Below, in pieces: positions 36,370 to 43,966 of a DNA stretch of 64,000 nucleotides. The translations under genes and the position numbers were made by a program. The notes under the pieces were generated by a model that saw only the letters and a list, made by a program, of their open reading frames with translations, did not search any database and was not told the origin of the DNA. How positions within the stretch are numbered: the first letter of the stretch is position 1; every line of letters begins with the position of its first letter. Source of the stretch: an uncultured Candidatus Bathyarchaeia archaeon (GTDB lineage Archaea; Thermoproteota; Bathyarchaeia; Bathyarchaeales; Bathyarchaeaceae); assembly GCA_964618695.1 (NCBI GenBank), contig CAZUDX010000004.1, positions 86,257-150,256 on the forward strand, in the 5' to 3' direction.

Positions 36370-37530
36370 TCAAGAGCTAAAATCATGCGAGTAAACACTA
36401 CCATCCCACCAATACATAACATCATAATGTTGCCTAGCAAAAAACCCCGTCCAAGGCGAATCATAAATAATATCAAAATCATAACCATATTCCTCCACAA
36501 AACCATTCAGGGCACTCCAAATTATTGGCGACTGCTCATCAGCCTCCCACACCCCCCAAATCTTATCGTTTGGATTCCGAAAACCCGAACCATAATTTTC
36601 CGGAAGAACACAGGCTATCTTTTGAAGATTCGAAGTTCTATTCTGAGGATTTTCAGAAACAAAGTCACTAAACTGTTCAATAGCGCTGAAATGCTCTTCA
36701 GTCAATACCCCATAAGGTCCAGTTTCAGGATGATTAAAAACTGCAACGTATTTAGCTCCAGCCTTATACGCAATCACCATATCATCATAGAGCTCTTCCG
36801 CAGACTCAACGTATGGCTGCTCATAATATTTCCAAGCAATCATCACACCCCACGTTTTGTTGTGCATTTCCGCAGCTCCCCTACAAAGCGGCACGTTCAA
36901 CTCTTTGACGCGGTTCACTCCAAATTCAGCAAAGATAACGTCGTACCCCGCTTCGTAATCAAACCAGAAAAGACCATAATCCGATGTAACCAGTCTATCA
37001 GTCTTTATGAAGTCACGCATGTAAATGTACAAGAAATAAACATAGCTGTTGGCGCCGTCTCGGTAATCCAAAGGCGTGTAAGTGTCGAGATCGTACAACC
37101 TAAAATCTCCCAAGTCAAGTTGGTTTCCGCCCGGTTCATCATAAAGGTAGATGCCCAAAAAATCTTCTCCATAGACCTCCTCAGCTTCTATCGCCCATTC
37201 AATCGGGTTATAATCATATTGCCAAAAAGCCGGATGGGACATAAAAACAAAAAAAGACTGCCCAGCTTTCTGAGCATAACCGCAGACCTCATTGAGGCTA
37301 GTTTCATTCCGTATAACATCAGGATTATTAATAATAACCATGTTCGTGAAACCCTTCACCCTGTCAATTAATGCCTTTATTGCAGTAACATTGCCATCAG
37401 CCGTAACACCAACAAAAAACTCATCAACATTAGGGTCGCCCGTTTTCGGGGACTCGAAATAAACAATCGACAAGAGAAGAGCTGAAATCACTAATGCCGC
37501 AAGAACTGCTACCTGTATTTTACGTTTCAA
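36370..37530 (-). CDS. Secreted or membrane-anchored hypothetical protein
   Basis: 386 aa. N-terminal signal/anchor (MKRKIQVAVLAALVISALLLSIV). W/Y/D/F-rich, possibly a carbohydrate-active fold, but no motif recognised. Confidence 0.5.
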   Translation of the reverse strand: MKRKIQVAVLAALVISALLLSIVYFESPKTGDPNVDEFFVGVTADGNVTAIKALIDRVKGFTNMVIINNPDVIRNETSLNEVCGYAQKAGQSFFVFMSHPAFWQYDYNPIEWAIEAEEVYGEDFLGIYLYDEPGGNQLDLGDFRLYDLDTYTPLDYRDGANSYVYFLYIYMRDFIKTDRLVTSDYGLFWFDYEAGYDVIFAEFGVNRVKELNVPLCRGAAEMHNKTWGVMIAWKYYEQPYVESAEELYDDMVIAYKAGAKYVAVFNHPETGPYGVLTEEHFSAIEQFSDFVSENPQNRTSNLQKIACVLPENYGSGFRNPNDKIWGVWEADEQSPIIWSALNGFVEEYGYDFDIIYDSPWTGFFARQHYDVMYWWDGSVYSHDFSS

Positions 37531-37747
37531 AACTCGACCGCTCTCAACTTTTTAAACTAATTCTATCAAACCCTTATAAAAAACTAGTCAACCACCGAAC
37601 CGTCAGACGCGCAGCCCACACATTTAATATTATATCTTAAGCCACAAGATTTAATTTAGTATTCGACGTAATATACAGGGAAGGATTTACAGAAAACCGA
37701 CTTGAAATAAATCAGAACATGAAGCTTTGAAACGAAAAATGTAAGAT

Positions 37748-38200
37748 GTGGACTCTATGCCTATAACCAAACAAAAATTTGAAGGAGAAGGCCATCTAAG
37801 CAAGATGGAAGAAGAAATACTTTCATTCTTAAAAGAAAGGAAAGGAGCATTCACGTCTCAAGAGATAATGGCTGGCATACGCTATCTCACAGATTTCAAC
37901 ACTCCAGAAATAAGCAAGATGTCAGCTTTCGCCATAGCAGACTTCACAATAGTTCTCCACGATCTGGTTAAGAGAGGAACAATAAAGAAGAAGGTGGTCA
38001 GCAACCGAATGTACTTCATGCTAATAAGCACTCACCAGGCAAAATGCCCCAAATGCAACCAAGTTTTCGAATCCAAAAAAACTTGGAAGATGGCAGGGCG
38101 ACCAGACAAAACAGGCAAACGCTTTCAACTGCACATAGGTCTCTACAAATGCCCAAAACACGGAACCTTCAGGAAAGTTCTGGACAAAAGAAAAATCTGA
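37748..38200 (+). CDS. wHTH plus zinc-ribbon DNA-binding protein
   Basis: 150 aa. EEEILSFLKERKGAFTSQEIMAGI...LVKRGTIKKK, then CPKC...CPKHG. Confidence 0.45.
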   Translation: MDSMPITKQKFEGEGHLSKMEEEILSFLKERKGAFTSQEIMAGIRYLTDFNTPEISKMSAFAIADFTIVLHDLVKRGTIKKKVVSNRMYFMLISTHQAKCPKCNQVFESKKTWKMAGRPDKTGKRFQLHIGLYKCPKHGTFRKVLDKRKI

Positions 38201-38320
38201 AAAATTTCTATTTGGGTTCTATTAGCAGTGCTATGTTGAAAACAATGCTTTTTCAAAAAACTGCTGCTAGTAATATCAAAAACGAATCTTTGTAGGCTAT
38301 TATTCCTTACAGCCTAAAGT

Positions 38321-39466
38321 TTATGTGATCCAGCCAAAAAGCAGCCTGTATAGTCTGTGTTCTAGGATTGTTAGGGTTTTGGCTCTTCCGAATACGCGGA
38401 AATAATTTTTTCCCATTGCTTCGATCATGTCTCCAATATCATATCTGGGGAACAGACAAGACGAGATTATGAGCCGTCCCCATTCGCCTCTCTTGAGTTC
38501 GTGAAGCATCTTCACACCTTTGCCTGTCTCAACCTCAAAATAATATGTGTCATAGTTTGGGGAAATGTAAGGCAGATCATCAAGTTGTTGCGCAAACGCT
38601 CCTTCAGTGGCGCTGTACATCTCCACTATTGGAGCCTCACCAAAATATTTCCTGAGAACTGGTCCGTATTTGAAATGGATCTTTCTGACGCTGGTGCAGA
38701 CGAGGATTTTGAAGTTCCACAGGTCTTTAGGTTTCTTTCCGTGCTTCCGTTTAACGTATCTGGCGAAGGATGTGATTACTGGAGTTACGCCAATGGTGGC
38801 TACTACAGGCTGGTCTAGGGCTCGTTGGTAGACCAGTTCGAATCTTTTCTCCCAATCTGATTTGGTGATGCCGGGACCCAACGCGTCTATTTCTTCCTGT
38901 CTGGGCAGCAGGCTGACCTTATTCAGAATGGGGTTAAGTTTTGCGTAGGTTCCCGAACTGTAACCGTAGGTAATCTCTTGTCCCCCAACTTGTTTGGTAG
39001 TTACTGCTGACGGAAAGTTTAGGTTCAATATTTTTCCTGTCAGAACTTCCATGGACTTTTTCCTATACGCATAGTTGGTTATGGCTCGTGCTCCGCAGAG
39101 GAAAATTTGTTCGATATGTGTCTTTGTAACTGGCAAAACTTTTGCAGTGCCTGTGGAGCCTCGGGTCATGACCCAACATAAGGGGGGTTCAGACAGGATG
39201 GCGGAGTGGTTGCCTGCTTTGACTTGTTCAAAGTATGGTTGAAGACCAGCATAATTTATCTTTGGAATGTTAGTTCGAAATGAATAGGCATCTTCTGCCT
39301 CGGTAACTGAGTGTTCCTTCCCGTAAAGTGTTCTTGCGTATCCTTGAAGAAGGTTCTTCAGCACTTGCTGTTGTGCCTCGGCGGGATTCTGTAAAGCTTC
39401 ATACCAAGGATTAACAATCTGCTTCAGAATGTCTACTCCAATCATTGCTGCGTCATCGACCACCAC
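38321..39466 (-). CDS. GH3-family adenylate-forming enzyme (short form)
   Basis: 381 aa. The N-terminal layout (Q..VLKNLL......T.YG...FR.NIP...Y..L.PY......G......P......TRGSTGTAKVLPVT) matches GH3 auxin-responsive-promoter family proteins. Confidence 0.55.
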   Translation of the reverse strand: MVVDDAAMIGVDILKQIVNPWYEALQNPAEAQQQVLKNLLQGYARTLYGKEHSVTEAEDAYSFRTNIPKINYAGLQPYFEQVKAGNHSAILSEPPLCWVMTRGSTGTAKVLPVTKTHIEQIFLCGARAITNYAYRKKSMEVLTGKILNLNFPSAVTTKQVGGQEITYGYSSGTYAKLNPILNKVSLLPRQEEIDALGPGITKSDWEKRFELVYQRALDQPVVATIGVTPVITSFARYVKRKHGKKPKDLWNFKILVCTSVRKIHFKYGPVLRKYFGEAPIVEMYSATEGAFAQQLDDLPYISPNYDTYYFEVETGKGVKMLHELKRGEWGRLIISSCLFPRYDIGDMIEAMGKNYFRVFGRAKTLTILEHRLYRLLFGWIT

Positions 39467-39511
39467 GAGATAACGGTGCAGTTTCTTTTAAGGGGGATGT
39501 TAATTTGGCTT

Positions 39512-39916
39512 CTAGGTTCTTGGATTTCTTCCCCTAGCCGTAGCTGCTCCCACTATTACTCCAATTATCACGATTGCTCCAATTATGACTAAGACGAAGG
39601 GGAGGATTGATCGAAAAGTAATGACGCCAGTTGTTACAAGATAGGACATGAAGCCCACTAATATCAGAATTATACCGCCGATTAACGGACCTAAAATGCC
39701 GTACTCTCGCTTCTCATATTTTTCTTGCTGCTCTCCCTTCTCCATTTTCTCTTCTTTTTCCTGTTTTTCATGTTTCTCCTGTTTCTCAGCCTTCTCACTT
39801 CTATAATGAACCGTTGGCGTTGGTCCTTGCGCTAAAGCGGCGCCGCATTGGGGACAAAAAGTCATTTCTTCTCTGGTTTTAAAGCCACATTTCTGGCAAT
39901 AGGGCAATAAATTCAC
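39512..39916 (-). CDS. Zinc-ribbon membrane protein with EK-rich repeat linker
   Basis: CQKCG...CPQCG, then EKAEKQEKHEKQEKEEKMEKGEQQEKYEK, then 2 TM. Confidence 0.5.
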   Translation of the reverse strand: MNLLPYCQKCGFKTREEMTFCPQCGAALAQGPTPTVHYRSEKAEKQEKHEKQEKEEKMEKGEQQEKYEKREYGILGPLIGGIILILVGFMSYLVTTGVITFRSILPFVLVIIGAIVIIGVIVGAATARGRNPRT

Positions 39917-40028
39917 CTTTTTGCAGTTCTAATCTCCTATTATTTGAATGATGGGTATTTAAAATATACACCTCGAAATTTCGTGGAGAAATATTATAAG
40001 CTCTTACTGCAAGAATGCAATATTTGAG

Positions 40029-40517
40029 GTGGATTATTTGAACGATAGCACGAGGGCTCCTCGCAGATATGGAGAGGGATTAATTACCGCCATTTCTGTC
40101 GGATTCGTCTTCCTTCTTGTGGGGGCCATCTTTATCATCACCCCTAACCTATTTGACGGAATTGTTGATTTCTTTAAAGACTTCACGATAGTTGATGTTC
40201 CAAACTCTAACTGGGCACTTCCTGCACCGCAAATTCCGGGCAACCATATAGTAGTTTATGAGGCTGTAATGCAGTTCAGTTTCGCTATAGGACTATTTCA
40301 ACTCGTCATCCTAGCACTGAGATTTTTTGCCCCGTCACCATGGGGAAAAAGATCAGAGACTGTTGGAAACTTGGTTTTCTGGCTGGGCACAGGTTTTCTA
40401 ATTCAGACCTTCCTTCTTGAAACTACACAATGGTTCGTATTCTGTTCCACGATAATAATACTAATCGGTGTTTCTCTGATAGCAAGAGCAATGGTTATGG
40501 CAGCTTCGCGTATCTAA
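40029..40517 (+). CDS. Integral membrane protein (4 TM)
   Basis: 162 aa, hydrophobic helices. Confidence 0.45.
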   Translation: MDYLNDSTRAPRRYGEGLITAISVGFVFLLVGAIFIITPNLFDGIVDFFKDFTIVDVPNSNWALPAPQIPGNHIVVYEAVMQFSFAIGLFQLVILALRFFAPSPWGKRSETVGNLVFWLGTGFLIQTFLLETTQWFVFCSTIIILIGVSLIARAMVMAASRI

Positions 40518-40531
40518 CTAACAGCACGCGC

Positions 40532-41878
40532 CTATTGAGTTCCCGCACATAAGTATTGATTCTTCTCGAGTTCCAGCGGGCACCCTCCGCCACAGATTTG
40601 CAGTTGCGGGCACTCTTTGCATTTCGGTTCCACATATTCTCTCTTTCTCAACTTCACTGCAAGCGGGTGATTCCAGATTTTTTGCCACTCTTCCTTTAGT
40701 ATGTTGCCAAGACTCTCAAAGTAGCTTTGGCACGGATAGACATCACCGTTGGGTCCAACACACATGTTAATCATCGCTGCTGTGCAAGATTTGACGCCTA
40801 AACCCAATTTCACAGGGTCAAAACGACAATATTGGGTTGGAGTGTACCAAAGAAATTTTAGTCCCAGCTGACTCGCTTTGTCGTGGACTTTAGGCAACAA
40901 TTCTTTCAGGGTTTCAAGGGGCAAAGCGAATTCTTTGCTTATTTCGTTTGCTTTTCCTGAGTAAATTAAACTGTTACATCCAAAGGCGGCTACGCCCAGC
41001 TCTTTCAAATAGTCTATGGTTTCCAGAAAATGTGGGGCATTGTATCTGCTGAGAGTAGTGTTTGTGGTAGCGTAAATCTGCGTTGGAATCACGTTTTTGA
41101 TTCCAGCCACAGTTTCTTTCCAACTTCCTTTTGTCGCCGTCATTCGGTCATGAATTTCTGGCTTATGCGACTCAAGGGTCACTTGGATGAAGTCCAATCC
41201 AGTTTTTTCAAGGATTTCGACGTAGTTTTTGTCCTTTAGTTTTCTGCCGTTACTGATAAGACCCGTAACTAATCCTTTGTTTTGCGCGTAAAGTAGAAGC
41301 TCCGGCAGGTCTTCCCTGAGTGTTGGTTCGCCTCCAGTGAAGGTTAATATAAAAACGCCAATTTGGTGAAGGCGGTCAATAACTTGTTTCCATTGTTCTG
41401 TGGAGAGTTCCGAGGTTTCATGGGGTCCGCCAGCGTAGCAGTGTTCACAATTGTTTTGGCATCTGAAGGTTAGCGCCAAGTCCACACGCAACGGTGCCGA
41501 AAGCTGTTGGGTGAAGGGTTCTATTTTTTCCAAGTCGAGAAAAGATATGGGACAAATTTCTTCAGTCTGCGCCAAGGTGCTGATGGTGTAGATTAGCTTC
41601 TCATAATCAGTTCTCGCTGTCTTCTTGTCCACTCGGTACATGCTCTTAATCTTTGCAACGGCTTCATCTGTCGTCATGCCCTGCATAAAATAGAAAGCAT
41701 GAACAGTAGCTGTCTCGTTTAAGTAAAGAACAGTGTTGGCGTTTATCACCAAAAGTCCTTGACCGTCGGGTTCCACACGAAGCTGAAGAGCTAAACCCTT
41801 GAAATCGCCCTTCCCCCGATATGTGTAACGTCCACGGGGAGCCTTGGATTTATGCAAAAATTTGCGAACAAAACTCAT
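40532..41878 (-). CDS. Radical SAM / SPASM-domain enzyme with N-terminal PqqD-like (RRE) domain; peptide/protein-modifying maturase candidate
   Basis: 448 aa. LTFRCQNNCEHCYAG (CxxxCxxC) and TFTGGEPTL. The C-terminal Cys-rich SPASM-type region is CTAAMINMCVGPNGDVYPCQ...CKECPQLQICGGGCP. The N-terminal ~100 aa (LLVINANTVLYLNETATVHAFYFMQGMTTDEAVAKIKSMYRVDKKTARTDYEKLIYTI) look PqqD-like. Confidence 0.8.
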   Translation of the reverse strand: MSFVRKFLHKSKAPRGRYTYRGKGDFKGLALQLRVEPDGQGLLVINANTVLYLNETATVHAFYFMQGMTTDEAVAKIKSMYRVDKKTARTDYEKLIYTISTLAQTEEICPISFLDLEKIEPFTQQLSAPLRVDLALTFRCQNNCEHCYAGGPHETSELSTEQWKQVIDRLHQIGVFILTFTGGEPTLREDLPELLLYAQNKGLVTGLISNGRKLKDKNYVEILEKTGLDFIQVTLESHKPEIHDRMTATKGSWKETVAGIKNVIPTQIYATTNTTLSRYNAPHFLETIDYLKELGVAAFGCNSLIYSGKANEISKEFALPLETLKELLPKVHDKASQLGLKFLWYTPTQYCRFDPVKLGLGVKSCTAAMINMCVGPNGDVYPCQSYFESLGNILKEEWQKIWNHPLAVKLRKREYVEPKCKECPQLQICGGGCPLELEKNQYLCAGTQ

Positions 41879-41888
41879 GATTACACCT

Positions 41889-43523
41889 TCACCTCTTTAT
41901 TCCCACTCCTCCTCCTGCACAGGCGCAAGCACACGATACACAGGCGCATGCACACGCGCAGGCAGCACAAGCACATACACAACTGGACCTGTGGTGAGCC
42001 GGTTTTCTAGAAGATTTTGAAGTTGGCATGGGAAGTATTGCGTTGGCGAACTTTTCGATATTAGTCACTATATTGTTTGAGGTGTTTTCTACAGCCGTTG
42101 CGATGTTGTTGGCGAAGTCTGCGCCAGGAATTGTTGGAGGTTTCGTCGCTTTGCTGGGTGTTTCAATATTTGGTTTGTATGTGGGTTTAGGGTGATAGTG
42201 CCTGTAGCTGTACCAGTACCAAAACCAGAAGGGACTCGGCTCAAAGGCTGTGTTGCGGAAAGCTGTTTGGGTACGTGATTTAACGTTCGGGTCGAGTAAA
42301 AGCCACAGTAATTGCTCATCATAGGCTTTCGATGTTAACTCTGGCGTGCCCGCCTGTTCCACCTGTTTCCAGGCCTTTGCCACGATTTTCCGGTAATATT
42401 CTATGGTGTCGCGCCGGAGGTAACCCAGCAACTTTTTTTCAACAGTTCGTCTGAGAAGCATGATTGTTTGAGCAAGTTTCTCTTCGTCAAGGGTTCCGTC
42501 TTCTCTTATGGCGTTGAGGAAGTCGATTTCATAGTATCGAAGAGGATTTTTTCGAGTTCCAGTCTTGTCCTGAAAAGGTTTCATAATTCTAATTTTCAGC
42601 GAAGGGGTCGTGGACTCGACCCAAACTGCCCTCTTCTTCAAAAGACTGTACACAATTTCCGTGACTATTTGAGTTGGCTTTAGCCTGAGGAGGTAAGAAG
42701 CCTCCACAGCGGTTAGACCGCGCCTAATTCCAAGGGTTTCAACCCCGATTGTAGGCTTCTTATACGGTCTCTTGCGAATATTGATGACAACTGCGACAAT
42801 AACAACAACCGAAATTCCCAAAAGCAAAAACGCAGGCCAATAATTCTGAAAGAAATCAATTAAATCAGATTTTGTCTCATAAACCTGAACGTACTCTTTA
42901 GGAAAAGAGACTCCAAAATTGTATTTCTGACCCGGCGCCAGATTTTTTCTTTCCCAGTAAACAGATAACCTTCCATTTTCGGTTAGCACGTTGTCCCAGT
43001 CCACCGATGTTTTCACCAAGTCTTCTGTGACTCCAGACGGTAAAACAATCTGCACTCGCAGGTCGTATACGCTTGCTTCATCCCACCATGTTGGAATGAA
43101 CTGCATGCCAACGTTACCCGGGTTTTCAGTGTCTTCAAATATCATGCCAGCAACGTTTGTGGTGAGGTTGAATCTGACTGTTTGTCCAGCCATTAAGGGC
43201 GTGTTGAGGTTGACGCGCACCCTGTAATCGCTTCCAGAACTCGCATCAGAGGCGTCAAGCATGTAGCCTTGTTGGTCTATGGCTGTTCCTATGGTGAAGT
43301 CGCGTTTGGGTTGACCAACATATACAAAATTTATGTTAGGACCAGAATCGAGGGTTATGCTGATGTCATAGAAGAGGTCTATAGTGCCGTCTTCAGGGTT
43401 TATCCAAATTTTCACCCACTCGTGGTCCAGATGATATGTTCTCTGGGCGTTCACCGTGCCTGTAAACATCGCCAAGATTAATGTGACCGATAATGTGGCG
43501 AGCAGAAAACGGGTCTTCACCAT
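41889..43523 (-). CDS. DUF2207-like membrane protein with C-terminal (Cys-Ala)n tail
   Basis: 544 aa. Signal peptide (..FTGTVNA/QRTY), a ~200-aa extracytoplasmic beta-rich domain, a TM (WPAFLLLGISVVVIVAVVINI) and a cytoplasmic helical domain. The terminal sequence is SSCVCACAACACACACVSCACACAGGGVGIKR. GAGGTGA lies upstream of the next gene, 10 nt away. Confidence 0.6.
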   Translation of the reverse strand: MVKTRFLLATLSVTLILAMFTGTVNAQRTYHLDHEWVKIWINPEDGTIDLFYDISITLDSGPNINFVYVGQPKRDFTIGTAIDQQGYMLDASDASSGSDYRVRVNLNTPLMAGQTVRFNLTTNVAGMIFEDTENPGNVGMQFIPTWWDEASVYDLRVQIVLPSGVTEDLVKTSVDWDNVLTENGRLSVYWERKNLAPGQKYNFGVSFPKEYVQVYETKSDLIDFFQNYWPAFLLLGISVVVIVAVVINIRKRPYKKPTIGVETLGIRRGLTAVEASYLLRLKPTQIVTEIVYSLLKKRAVWVESTTPSLKIRIMKPFQDKTGTRKNPLRYYEIDFLNAIREDGTLDEEKLAQTIMLLRRTVEKKLLGYLRRDTIEYYRKIVAKAWKQVEQAGTPELTSKAYDEQLLWLLLDPNVKSRTQTAFRNTAFEPSPFWFWYWYSYRHYHPKPTYKPNIETPSKATKPPTIPGADFANNIATAVENTSNNIVTNIEKFANAILPMPTSKSSRKPAHHRSSCVCACAACACACACVSCACACAGGGVGIKR

Positions 43524-43966
43524 TTCGGTTCCTCAACTATTTCGAATGTTTGTTTGCAGTAGGGGCATGTTGCATATGGTACGCCGTCCACGATTTTGAT
43601 CTGGTCAGAGTTTACCGAAGCCGAGCAGTTGGGACATTTGAGGGCGACGGCGCTCATTTGCCCTGAAAATTCCAACTGTTGGATAATTGTTTTCGGCTTT
43701 CTGGTTATGTAGTAGGCAATTACGATGCCGACAACAAACAGCATAGCAGCAGTAATCAGTCGGGTCGTCTTTAGTTCAACTGAAATCGCTGCCCCAGTGG
43801 ACCAAGCGAATATGATACCGAAAAAAAAGAGAACCGCAACTATAATTGTGCCTAGCGCCGTTTTGAGATTCACGGATACATTTGAAATAACTTCAAGTAA
43901 TTTAATCTTACCACACGACAAGCAGCATAACCGAGATAATGTTAAGCGAAGTTTCAGAATGGGCAT
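43517..43966 (-). CDS. Two-TM membrane protein with C-terminal zinc ribbon
   Basis: 149 aa. CPNC...CPYC. Overlaps the downstream gene start by 7 nt and the nrdJ stop by 13 nt. Confidence 0.5.
   Translation of the reverse strand: MPILKLRLTLSRLCCLSCGKIKLLEVISNVSVNLKTALGTIIVAVLFFFGIIFAWSTGAAISVELKTTRLITAAMLFVVGIVIAYYITRKPKTIIQQLEFSGQMSAVALKCPNCSASVNSDQIKIVDGVPYATCPYCKQTFEIVEEPKW

Noticed and set aside
36385-37371. 328-aa + strand ORF antisense to the 386-aa secreted protein gene.
   Set aside because: The product is low-complexity (R/I/N/P/K-rich) and the frame is a stop-poor artefact of the G-poor strand. The minus-strand product has a signal peptide and normal composition.
41889-41990. (CA)n-like microsatellite interpretation of the gcacac-rich stretch.
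   Set aside because: The stretch is in frame and codon choices are mixed, so it is treated as coding (see findings).
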